Below are positions 30,100-41,374 of a stretch of DNA of 64,000 nt, piece by piece. The notes under the pieces were generated by a model that had not been told where the DNA came from, made no database searches, and saw nothing but the letters and a program-made list of their open reading frames with translations. Source of the DNA: Eledone cirrhosa (Eukaryota); NCBI GenBank assembly GCA_964016885.1, contig OZ024759.1, positions 2,728,001 to 2,792,000 on the forward strand, written 5' to 3'. Position 1 is the first letter of the stretch. Each line of letters opens with the position of its first letter. Both the position numbers and the translations under genes were made by a program.

Positions 30100-30885
30100 T
30101 TAACCCTTTCATTACCATATTTCTAATGAAACCCACTGTCTATGTCATTAACCCTTTCATTACCATATTTCTAATGAAAGACACTGTCTATGTCATTAAC
30201 CCTTTCATTACCATATTACTAATGAAAGACACTACCTATGTCATTAACCCTTTCATTAACATATTTCTAATGAAAGACACTGTCTATGTCATTAACCCTT
30301 TCATTACCATATTACTAATGAAAGACACTACCTATGTCATTAACCCTTTCATTAACATATTTCTAATGAAAGACACTGTCTATGTCATTAACCCTTTCAT
30401 TACCATATTACTAATGAAAGACACTACCTATGTCATTAACCCTTTCATTACCATATTTCTAATGAAAGACGCTGTCTATGTCATTAACCCTTTCATTATT
30501 CCCATATTTCTAAAGAAAGACTCTACCTATGTCATTAACCCTTTCATTACCATATTTCTAATGAAAGACGCTGTCTATGTCATTAACCCTTTCATTACCA
30601 TATTACTAATGAAAGACACTACCTATGTCATTAACCCTTTCATTACCATATTTCTAATGAAAGACGCTGTCTATGTCATTAACCCTTTCATTATTCCCAT
30701 ATTTCTAAAGAAAGACTCTACCTATGTCATTAACCCTTTCATTACCATATTTCTAATGAAAGACACTGTCTATGTCATTAACCCTTTCATTATTCCCATA
30801 TTTCTAAAGAAAGACTCTACCTATGTCATTAACCCTTTCATTACCATATTTCTAATGAAAGACGCTGTCTATGTCATTAACCTTT
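30100..30885. repeat. 42-bp minisatellite (TTAACCCTTTCATTACCATATTTCTAATGAAAGACACTGTCTATGTCA-like)
   Basis: Tandem array; unit begins with a piggyBac-like TTAA-CCCT terminus. Confidence 0.92.
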
Positions 30886-31198
30886 TTGACAGTAATCAAG
30901 AATTTCGAGGAATTTAGTAATATAACTTTCCCATTATTAAGTCGATATTTAGAACATAACTTAACAAAGATTCTTACATAGAATTATGATAAAAGGATTT
31001 TAGATAGATATAAACACTTTAAGACAAACAGTTTTGTATCGTAGAACCAGAGGTGTTTGGAACATAACTTAACAAAGGTTCTTACATACAATTATATAAA
31101 CACTTTAAAACAAACAGTTTTGTATTGTGGGTGGTTTGATGGAAAAAGTGTTTATAAATACATTATTTGTGTTTGCAGTAGGTATTTAGTTTTAATGA

Positions 31199-32410
31199 AG
31201 GCATATGGCTCAGTGGTTAGAGTGTTAGATTCACAATTGTGAGGTGAGTTTAATTCCCAGACAAGTTGATGTGTTATGTCCTGGAGCAAGACATTTTATT
31301 TAACGTTTACTCCACTGTATGAGTTGTAACGTCACTGGTGCCAAGCTGTATCAGCCATTGTCTTTCTCTTGGACAACATTGGTGGTGTGGAGAGAGGGGA
31401 GGCTGGTATGTATGGGTGACTGGTGGTGGGGAGAGAGGGGGGAGGCTGGTATGTATGGGTGACTGGTGGTGGGGAGAGAGGGGAGGCTGGTATGTATGGG
31501 TGACTGGTGGTGGGGAGAGAGGGGGGAGGCTGGTATGTATGGGTGACTGGTGGTGGGGAGAGAGGGGGGAGGCTGGTATGTATGGGTGACTGGTGGTGGG
31601 GAGAGAGGGGGGAGGCTGGTATGTATGGGTGACTGGTGGTGGGGAGAGAGGGGGGAGGCTGGTATGTATGGGTGACTGGTGGTGGGGAGAGAGGGGAGGC
31701 TGGTATGTATGGGTGACTGGTGGTGTGGAGAGGGGGGAGGCTGGTATGTATGGGTGACTGGTGGTGGGGAGAGGGGGGAGGCTGGTATGTATGGGTGACT
31801 GGTGGTGTGGAGAGGGGGGAGGCTGGTATGTATGGGTGACTGGTGGTGGGGAGAGAGGGGAGGCTGGTATGTATGGGTGACTGGTGGTGGGGAGAGGGGG
31901 GAGGCTGGTATGTATGGGTGACTGGTGGTGTGGAGAGGGGGGAGGCTGGTATGTACGGGTGACTGGTGGTGGGGAGAGAGGGGGGAGGCTGGTATGTATG
32001 GGTGACTGGTGGTGGGGAGAGAGGGGAGGCTGGTATGTATGGGTGACTGGTGGTGGGGAGAGGGGGGAGGCTGGTATGTATGGGTGACTGGTGGTGTGGA
32101 GAGGGGGGAGGCTGGTATGTATGGGTGACTGGTGGTGGGGAGAGAGGGCAGGCTGGTATGTATGGGTGACTGGTGGTGGGGAGAGAGGGCAGGCTGGTAT
32201 GTATGGGTGACTGGTGGTGGGGAGAGGGGAGGCTGGTATGTATGGGTGACTGGTGGTCAACATTGGTGGTGTGGAGAGGGGGGAGGCTGGTATGTATGGG
32301 TGACTGGTGGTCTTCCACAAAATACCTTACCTGGACTTATGTCTCGGATGGGAAATTTTCTATGTGCGAATCCCATGGTCATTCGTAACCAGAGGAGGCC
32401 TTTACCCTAG
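31199..32410 (+). mobile_element. SINE with internal ~39-bp G-rich tandem expansion (31380-32310)
   Basis: Head and tail are colinear with the SINE at 12047-12386; the repeated unit matches its single-copy segment at ~12140-12190. Confidence 0.85.
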
Positions 32411-32412
32411 GT

Positions 32413-32639
32413 TTAACCTTTAGCATTTACATTGCTCTATATGTACTATTATATTTTTATGGTAAAGTCTTTATCTCACATAATATCTCACATAACATTG
32501 AATCTATGATATTTTGATATTATTTATTTTAAGAGCAATACCTTAACATCAGTATGAGTGACCAGTTATGGCCAGTTTGAATAGAAAGAGGTGAGAGAAT
32601 TCTGGCCAGATATGACTAATTTAAATGCTAAAGGTTTAA
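32413..32639. mobile_element. TTAA-flanked MITE (piggyBac-like)
   Basis: TTAA-CCTTTAGCATTT ... AAATGCTAAAGGT-TTAA. Confidence 0.65.
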
Positions 32640-32701
32640 TGTAAACTTGGAGATGTGTCCATCATGAAGTTATTTGGCTGTTTCTCTTTCTCTTATTGCA
32701 G

Positions 32702-32865
32702 TTTTAACTGAAAACCTACTGGTTGTCAAGCAAAGTTTTCCCTTTAACAACCAAGGCCTTCAAACTTGTGAGACAATACGCAATGAACATGGCTTCCTGG
32801 AAGAACGGAGGACCATTTTACCTAATGGAACTGTTATCAAGAAAATGAAAGATGAAAAATATCAT
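32702..32865 (+). CDS. SPAG17: SPAG17-like exon D (phase 1-0)
   Basis: ttgcag|..LLVVKQSFP...EERRTILPNGTVIKKMKDEKYH|gtagct; resembles recalled IMVRQSYP...EASRVITSQGTVVKYMLDG. Confidence 0.78.
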
Positions 32866-33027
32866 GTAGCTAGTTTCTTCACACTTTGATTCATTTCACT
32901 CATCACTGTTCTTTTATCATACTTCAACCATTTCTAGACATTTTTAATGAAAGACATTCTCTATTATTTTCAAATAATTTGGAGATATTTAGTAATATAA
33001 CTAACTTTATCATTATTGGACTGGTGT

Positions 33028-33227
33028 ATAAGGGCGGTGAATTGGCAGTATCGGTAGAGGGTCGGACGCCATGCTTTGATGCATCGAGTTATGGCCCTTG
33101 CTATTCTGAGTTCAAATCCCGTCAAGGTTAACTTTGCCTTTCATCCTAATGGGGTCGATAAAATAAAGTACCAGTAATACACTGGGATAATTGCTGGCCT
33201 TGTGCCTAAAGTAGAAACGTAGAAACA
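33028..33227 (+). mobile_element. tRNA-derived SINE, third family, with ~16-bp TSD
   Basis: gagttcaaatccc B box; core ctttcatcct..ggggtcgataaaataaagtaccag; flanks ATTATTGGACTGGTGT (33012) and ATTATTGAACTGGTGT (33228). Related pieces at ~9176, ~27690, ~29270, ~46590. Confidence 0.8.
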
Positions 33228-33243
33228 ATTATTGAACTGGTGT

Positions 33244-33780
33244 TTGGAACAGAGCCCTGACTCGGGTAAATATCCCCACAGTTCTGGAGCCGGCTGGTTT
33301 ATCCAGAAGTGACGTGAAGAGACCAGACGGTCTTACCCTTTTTCCCTGGGTGAGTGGTAGTTGTCTCATCTGGGACATCACAGTCAGAGACTCTTTTGCA
33401 CCCTCCCACATCATGGATGCCGCGGTGAATGTGGGGGTCACTGCTTTCGTCACCGAACGGAATAAAATTCGGAAATACCAGGATTTATCAAACAGTTATT
33501 TTTTCCAGCCTGTGATGTTGGAGACGTTTGGTGGAGTTGGGCCGCTGACAGCGAAGTTCTTGTCTTCACTGGCAGCTCACCTTACTGAGGTGTCAGGTGA
33601 GGGTGCCAGGTTATTTCAGTGCCTTAGCCTCACCATCACCCGTGGTAATGTTGCCAGGTGTTGGTTTGCCTCAAAGTCTGTAGCTAACCCCTAAGGTGTG
33701 GCTGATTGTCGCACACCATGTTGAATTGCCCCACCTTTCTTTCTTCCCTTTATCATTATTGTTCAATAAATTATATTATA
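33244..33780 (+). pseudogene. 3' fragment of a restriction-like-endonuclease non-LTR element (CRE-like)
   Basis: RPDGLT..PW..G..LIWD.T..D...K..KY..L....F.P..LET.G motif; AATAAA at ~33765. Confidence 0.7.
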
Positions 33781-33937
33781 TTTTTTATACACCTTATAAT
33801 AAGCAAGGACTTTCCAACAATATGCCGTACAGGTACAGTAAAATTACGAATATAGAATTAAACAAATATTACTCAATAATTCTTTTAAATACTTAAGAAG
33901 GGTTATGATAGAAGATTTTAAAATTAATATAAACACT

Positions 33938-34228
33938 TTAACCCTTTCATTACCACATTTCTAATGAAAGACACTGTCTATGTCATAAACCCTTTCATTA
34001 CCATATTTCTAATGAAAAGCACTGTCTATGTCATTAACCCTTTCATTACCACATTTCTAATGAAAAGCACTGTCTATGTCATTGACCCTTTCATTACCAT
34101 ATTTGTAATGAAAGGCACTGTCTATTTCATTAAACTGTTCATTACCATATTTCTAATGAAAGATTCTACAGAGTCTTTAATTACAAATATGGTAATGAAA
34201 GGGTTAATGACATAGACAGTGTCTTTCT
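33938..34228. repeat. Second 42-bp array closed by an inverted unit (…ATGGTAATGAAAGGGTTAA)
   Basis: Same unit as 30100-30885. Confidence 0.85.
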
Positions 34229-34505
34229 CTCTCCCTCCCCCCCTCTCTCTCTGTAACTAACGTGTTGACTAACTTGCACTTAAAATCTTTTTCTTTTAAA
34301 TCTGTTGCCAACACTTTCACTCATATAGGAGTCACCCTTTATTTCACACATGCACCCTCTCTCCCAATGAGACTTATTACAACATAGAACACAATGATGG
34401 TAACAAAAGGGGTCTTCAGATTATATTGAAATAAACTATCTACTCATGAGTCTTATTACAACCAGGGTCACTATGAGGATTCTAAGTTCTATTTCTATAT
34501 TTCAG

Positions 34506-34587
34506 GTACTCCATGCCGATGGCACAGTGGCTCGGGGTGAATATGAGCCTGATAAACAATATGTACACAGTAAAACAGAAAAAATAG
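34506..34587 (+). CDS. SPAG17: SPAG17-like exon E (phase 0-1)
   Basis: tttcag|VLHADGTVARGEYEPDKQYVHSKTEKI|gtacat; resembles recalled ILFADGAVSR. Confidence 0.75.
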
Positions 34588-34682
34588 GTACATATATATT
34601 TCTCTGTCTATCTGTGTCAGTCTGTCTGCCTGTGTCAGTCTGTCTATCTCTGTCTGTGTGTCTGTCAGTCTGTCTATCTGTA

Positions 34683-36545
34683 TCGATAAGCAATTTCAGT
34701 CCCATAACTCTGCTCAACACAGAGTTAATGATTTTGGCCAAGGCATTAGCAACGAGGTTGGTACTTGTTGAGAATCTGGTAGGGGAAGCGCAAACATGTG
34801 CAATCCCGACCAGGTCCATAGACGACAACCTCCACCTCATGTGATACATTATAGAGAGGGTAGGGTGTAAACCTGGCTTCGGTGAGGCTCTGATCAATTT
34901 AGATCAGTCTAAGGCAGGATCGACCATCAATACTTGGAATCAGTTCTCAAGGCGGCCGGCTTCGGTCCCGTCTTCAGAGGCTGGATCGCTGCCATGCACA
35001 CCAGCATCTGCTCGGCAGTCAAGGTGAATGGCTACCTATCAGAGCCATTCCAAATCATGCATTCCATCCGTCAGGGATGCCCTCTCTCCTCCATTCTGTA
35101 TGTGCTGACTCTCAAGCCATTATTGCGGAAGTTGGAGCTGTTGCAGGGCATCCCGATCGAACCAGGACTGCGGAAAGCAGCGTCAGCTTATGCCGACGAC
35201 ATTACCGTAATGGTGTCGAAAACCTCGGAAATCAGGGAATTTTGGCAACCTATTATAGGAATATGAAACGTTGACAGGAGCAAGACTAAACCCAAACAAG
35301 TCTGTCGGTTTGCAACTCAGCACATGGAGAGGCAAACCCATGCCTTCCGACTGTGTCGTTGGACGCTGGACGGAAGGACCGGTGAAATTGCTTGGGGACT
35401 GGTTTGGTCCAGACCTCCAGGTGGACAAGAAGGAACGAGGTCACGGAGAAGGTGTTTTCACTCACCCAGAAGTGGGCTGAGTGCAAACTCTCCTTGAAAG
35501 GTCGAGCAGAGGTGGCGAACACTTACATAGCATCCGTCATCTACTACCGCTGGACAGTCGTGCCTTGTCCACGTGAATACCTCACCAAAATGGCGCTCAC
35601 AGCCCTCTACCAAATGGAAACGGCAATCAGTGGAGACTCCACTTCAACATTCTATAAGGGATTAGTGGAGGATAAGTGCGACAACATTCTTGGGGAAACT
35701 CTAGGCATCGAGGAGGACGAACTGACCAGTCTGTTCAGGAGGACTTTCCGTCCAGGGCCTATGGATAACTTCCAGAGGTCTCTGGCATGGCAGTGCTACC
35801 GAGGAGCTCTACCAGTTTGAGAGAAAATCTACAGGCATGGACACCCTGGCAGAGATCCTACCAAAAGGACCTGTCCAAGATGTGAGCAGGACATCGAAAC
35901 CGTTCTGCAGGCAATTGTTCAGTACCCAGGGGTTACCGACCGGTGGAATTATGTAGAACAGCTGCTGTCACGTGTGGGACGCATCCAGTTGTCAGCCGAG
36001 TCCATCGTGAGGATCAACCCACCACCTTCATTTAAGAATGAAGGAGAGGCGGTTTTCCTCTGTCTGGTGGCTATGGCGAAAGAGGTAATATGGTGGACGA
36101 GGTTAAAAGGAGTGAGGGCAAACACCTTTCTCTCCGGACAACTCATCCCCTTCTTTAAGTATCACTTCAGAAGGAAGGTGAGAGTGGAGAGAGAGGTGCT
36201 ACACCCCAGTAAATTCGCTGAAAGGTGGGTGAATGTGGTGAAAATGGCCCAAGTGAATAAGTCTTCTCTGTATATAAACCTGTAGGTTGAGGAAGATAAA
36301 CAGAGGGAAGACGGGAACACCTACAAAACGTGTTCCTGGTGTTGAGGGTTGTTCTATCCACGGGGTGTAAAACAACCCTGTAGTAACGTTCTCCCCCTAT
36401 TGGGGATTTCAATTGTTATTTTTTTATATATAGTTTATTGTTATTTATTAATGTTAAAGTTATATGATTTTTATGTAAAACCCCCGCTGTCACGTCTTGT
36501 AATGTTCCATTTTTGTACACTACTGTGGCAAATAAAGAAAGATAT
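34683..36545 (+). mobile_element. 5'-truncated, internally deleted Tx1/L1-like LINE
   Basis: NFSPITLLNTELMILAK, SIRQGCPLS, SAYADDITV, C-terminal Cys motif; AATAAA then (TCTG)n. Confidence 0.88.
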
Positions 36546-36617
36546 CTGTGTCAGTCTGTCTGTCTGCCTGTCTGCCTGACTGTCTGTCTGTCTGCCTGAC
36601 TGTCTGTCTGTCTGCCT

Positions 36618-36648
<31 letters not shown>

Positions 36649-36649
36649 G

Positions 36650-39600
36650 TTGATAGTAGACGTCTTACACATCGGCTCTTCGATTTGGAATCTTTACTTG
36701 GATTATTTGTGAGTGTATTATTTAAATTGTTTTTCCATTATTGACTCTAACCCCTAGTCTGGGACTGTAGACGTAGGGTAAATATATTTTCACCCCTTTT
36801 GGGGTGAAAAAAATATTTAATTCAAAATGTTCATCGATATCGTTGGAAACATTGAAGCCATATTGGAAGCTAACGCCACACCTACCAAAAAAAGCGAGAA
36901 AGAGGGAACAACAATTCAAACTGTTGAACAGCCCCTCCTCTCGAATGAAACAAAGAATATTAATTCGAGTGAAAACCTAAATTTTGAAGAAAAAAATAAC
37001 AAGAAAATAAACACCACAAAAGATGAAACCAACAACATTGCAACAACAAGCAACAATGAAAGAAGCGAAAGCAACAAAGACAACAAAGTTTCTTTTGCCC
37101 AAACGGTCAGGAAAGCTATCGAGTACAAGCCCATAGACATCACAAACGCTAAGCAGAACTTGCTAAATGCCAGAAAATATATATCTTTTGGGGAGGATGG
37201 TTCTTTTACGATCAACTCCCCAGAAGAAGTTCGACAACAGGTATATAGGAATACCATAACCTTCAGGACGATATCCAACACAACAAGAAAGCCAGCTCAA
37301 TTGACAGAAAGTCAAATTGAGCTGGTGCTGAAAGACATAAAAGAAGACATACTTTTATTGAAAGAGGAAAGCTGTATGCCAGCATTATGGTCCGAATGAA
37401 GGACGAAATGCTGGCTCAAAAATGCTCGGTGGCACCTATAGTGTCACCACAATACACCTTCCCCACGTATAAAGGAAGAACTCAGAGACTAAGAATGTGG
37501 AGCTCAACGCGGAGGTGGGGGTGGGGGTTGTCGTTCTGCTGCAAAAACATCTGGGTCTCGCTACACAGACGGTACACTTGGACCCGGAGGGTTGACTCGT
37601 GGTTCTGGACCTTGGCAGTGGTGAAGGCGAAGCTTTTAGGCTGGTCGCCGTATACGCCCCTTTTGGGGCAATGCGGTCGGACTTCTTCCATCGTCTGGAG
37701 ACTTTTCTAAGGACGTCCTGCTCCTTGCTTTTAGTGGGGGACTGGAATGGTATCCTAGATGCACGTTGGGACTATGTAGGGGCATGTCCCGATAGAGAGG
37801 GGTGTAACAGCCTCAAGGGGTTAATCGGCCGATTTGACCTGGCCGATAGATATCGACTAGATTTTCCGCCTGTGCCAACCTGGACTTGGTCAAATAACAG
37901 TGGTCAATCTAGATTGTACCTAGATAGGTTCTTAGTTAGAATTAAGGATAGGGACTTTTTAAGTTGTCCAAAAATGCTCATGGTGGGCTATTCAGACCAC
38001 AAGTTAGTGACCTGCGTAGTCAACCTTGATAGAACGCATAGGCAGGGACCCGGTTACTGGAAGCTCAACTTGTCCTTACCGGCAGGTAGAGCCTACAGGG
38101 ACCGGATTAGAACCTTAGTTAAGGAGTGGTTGATGGGCGCCATCGTCAACAGCAGGTGGTGGGGCTCTCTAAAAAGAGAGATTAGAGTAGTTTCAATAGG
38201 AGTTAGTCAGGAGTTAGCCTCAGATAGAAATAGGAAGGAAAGGGAGTTGTAGTTAATATTGAAGAGGCAATGAGAAGCGGCAACGTGGCTAGAGTGCAAG
38301 CGTCGAGAACGGCCTTGAACCAGTTCTTCGACGCGAAACACGAAGGCTGCGTTGTCCGAAGCAAAATACGTGCTCTGGGAAACGAGGGGACCAAAGCTGT
38401 TAGCTGGGCCCGCGTGACAGAAGCGAAAAGTGGGATTAGATCCACTATCCGGTCTTTGCGAGACCAGGATGGACGGGTGATCCTTGAACCTAAGCAAATG
38501 TGCGAGGCCTTTCAAAGGCACTTTGCCCGATTGTTCGGGAGGGGCGGGGGGCCGGTTGGAGATGTGGATTTCGGTCCATACCTCGACGGCCTGCCGCGTC
38601 TTTCGGACGAGGAGGCGAGGTCCTGCGACGGGCCGATCTCAGCTGCTGAAATAGAGGACGTGCTGAACCTATGCGGCAAACGCAAATCTCCAGGGCTCGA
38701 TGGTCTGCCCTACAAACTATATATTAATATGCCGGACTTGTTCCCCCGATCTCCTCGAGGCGGTCTACTGCAACTGGCAACAGAACGGGAGAATTCTAGC
38801 GGTGGCTGAGTTCGGACCCGTTCTCAGGGGCTGGATCATTACCATGCACAGCAGCCGCATCTGCTCTAGAGTCAAGGTGAACGGCTACCTCTCGGAGCTG
38901 TTCGAAATCACTCGCTCCATCCGACAGGGATGCCCTCTCTCCTGCCTTCTGTATGTATTGGCTCTCGAGCCACTACTGCGGAAGTTGGAGTTGTTGCAGG
39001 GCATCCCTTTGGAACCGGGATTGCGGAAAGCGGTGTCGGCCTACGCCGATAACAGTAATGGTGTCGACCACCGCGGAAATCGAGGCAATCGGCTCCTTAC
39101 TGGAGGAGTACGAAAAGTTGACAGGGGCTAAGCTGAACCGGGACAAGTCAGTCGCTTTGCAACTCGGCGAGTGGAGGGGCAAGGCGATGTCGTCCGACGG
39201 TATCGTCGGACGGTGGACGGAGGGCCCGGTGAAGTTGTTTGGGGTCTGGTTCGGACCGGACCTCCAGGTGGAGAAAAACTGGGGTGAGGTGATGAATAGG
39301 GTGTTTACATTGACCCAGAAGTGGGCCGAGTGCAAACTATCCCTGAAAGGTCGGGCGGAGGTGGCGAACGCTTACATAGCGTCCGTCATCTATTACCGCT
39401 TGACTGTCGTGCCTTGCCCGAGTGAGATCCTCGCCAAAATGGAGCGCACCCTCTTTTATTTCCTTTGGAAGAAGAGGTCTCCTCTGGTGAGGAGATCCAT
39501 CTGCTGTCAACACCCTTTGAAAGGAGGGCTGGGGATGCCGTGGCTAAAAATGCGTAAACACGAGCTGCAGTTCTGGGTGAAGCAAAGACCGAGAAAACTG

Positions 39601-40545
39601 GGTGACTGGCACACCGAGTGTGACCAGGCGCTCACAGCTCTCTGGCAGGCGGACCCGGCTATCGATGGAGACTCCACCTCGTCATTCTATAGAGGGCTGG
39701 TGGTTAGCAGGTGCGACGACGCCCTCGGAGAAACCCTAGGCATGGAGGAGGATGAACTGGCCAGTCTATTCGGTAGGACTTTCGGCCCGGGACCTATGGA
39801 CAACTTCCAGAAGTCCTTGGCCTGGCAGTGTTACCGAGGGGTTCTACCCGTTCGGGATAAGCTCTACAGACACGGGCGCCCGGGTAGGGACCCCTCGAAA
39901 AAGATCTGTCCCAGATGCGTGCGCGACGAGGAAACCGTTGCGCACGCATTGGTGCACTGCCCGGGCGTTGCCGATCTGTGGGGCTATGTCGAACAACTGC
40001 TGTCACGGGTGGGACCAATTAGGTTGACCACCGAGTCCATTGTAACGATCAAGCCGGCTCCCCCCTTCAAAAATGAAGGAGAGGCGGTCTTCCTCTGTGT
40101 AATAGCCATGGTAAAAGAGGTTATATGGTGGACGCGTCTGAAAGGGCTGAGGTCGGACACCTTTCTTTCCGGCCAACAACTGTTCCTTTTTTTCCGATAC
40201 CATTTCGGAAGAAGGATCAGGATGGAGAGAGAGGTGCTCCACTCCAGCCAGTTTTATGAAAGGTGGGTGAAAGTTGCGAGAATGGCCCGTGTGAATGGGC
40301 CTTCTCTCTACCTCAGCCTGTAGGTGGAAAAGGGAGAAGGGAGCACCCTCTCTTTGTGCTCCCGTGGAGAAGGGTCGCACATTTTTTTCGGGGGTGTGTG
40401 TGACCCCAAAACGATCCCTCCCTATTGAGGACCTTCTTATTAAAATTTTACTTATTACATTTTTCTTACTCGATTTTTATGTAAACTCCCCCCACCCATT
40501 CACATGTCCCTTTCTTTTGTGCCCTAGTGGCAAATAAACAGAAAT
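36650..40545 (+). mobile_element. Tx1/L1-like LINE with ORF1 and ORF2 remnants, several deletions
   Basis: ORF1 from 36827; APE motifs VYAP, GDWN, LDRF, SDHK, GYWKLN; KSPGLDGLP; SIRQGCPLS; CPRC..EETVAHALVHC. Confidence 0.9.
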
Positions 40546-40597
40546 TTGTCTGTCTATGCCAGTCTGTCTGTCAGTCAGTCTGTCTGTCTGTCTGTCT

Positions 40598-41345
40598 GTC
40601 ACGTATGGGACAAATCCAGTTGACTGCCGAGTCCATAGTTAGGATCAAACCGCCAGCCTCTTTCAAAAACAAAAGAGAGGCGGTTTTCCTCTGTATAGTG
40701 ACTATAGTGGACGAGGTTGCGAGGACTGAGGACAGATGCCTTTCTCTCCAGACAACAATTGATTCCCTTCTTTAAGTATCACTTTAGAAGGAGAATCAGA
40801 GTGGAGAGAGAGGCACTGCACCCCAGTAAATTTACTGAAAGGTGGGTGAATGAATAAAGCGAAAATGGCCCGAGTGGTTGGGCCTTCTCTGTTTATAAGC
40901 CTGTAGGTTAAAGAAGAGAGCTAAAGGAAGAAAGGAGCACTTGCACAACACGCTCCTGAAGTTGAGGGTTGTTCTATCGACGGGGTATTAAACAACCCAT
41001 TTGTGGCGTTTCCCTCCTATTGGGGATTTCAATTGTTATAATTGTTTGTTTTATATTTTTTACACGACTATGTAAAATCCCCAGCATGTTTTTGTATTGT
41101 CCCCTTTTCTTGTGCGCCCTTGTGGCTAATAAAGAAATCTATCTGTCTGTGTATGTCAGTCTGTCAGTCTGTCTGTCTATCTGGCTGTAAAACAATAACA
41201 TTCCTCCCCTATTGGGGATTTCAATTGATATTTTATTATATATAGTTTATTGTTAGTTATTAATATTAAAGTTATTCTTATGTAAAACCCCTGCCGTCAC
41301 GTCTTGTAATGTCCCATTTTTGTACGCCCCTGTGGCAAATAAAGA
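40598..41345 (+). mobile_element. Two short Tx1-like 3' fragments
   Basis: Homologous to 35965-36545; each ends AATAAA followed by TCTA/TCTG repeats (~41135, ~41345). Confidence 0.8.
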
Positions 41346-41374
41346 TATCTATCTGATTGTATATCTATCTATCG

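Noticed and set aside
25681-32320. Val/Gly/Trp-rich, Pro/His-rich and MKDTVYVINPF ORFs
   Set aside because: Read-through of intronic tandem repeats derived from GGT, SINE and MITE sequence.
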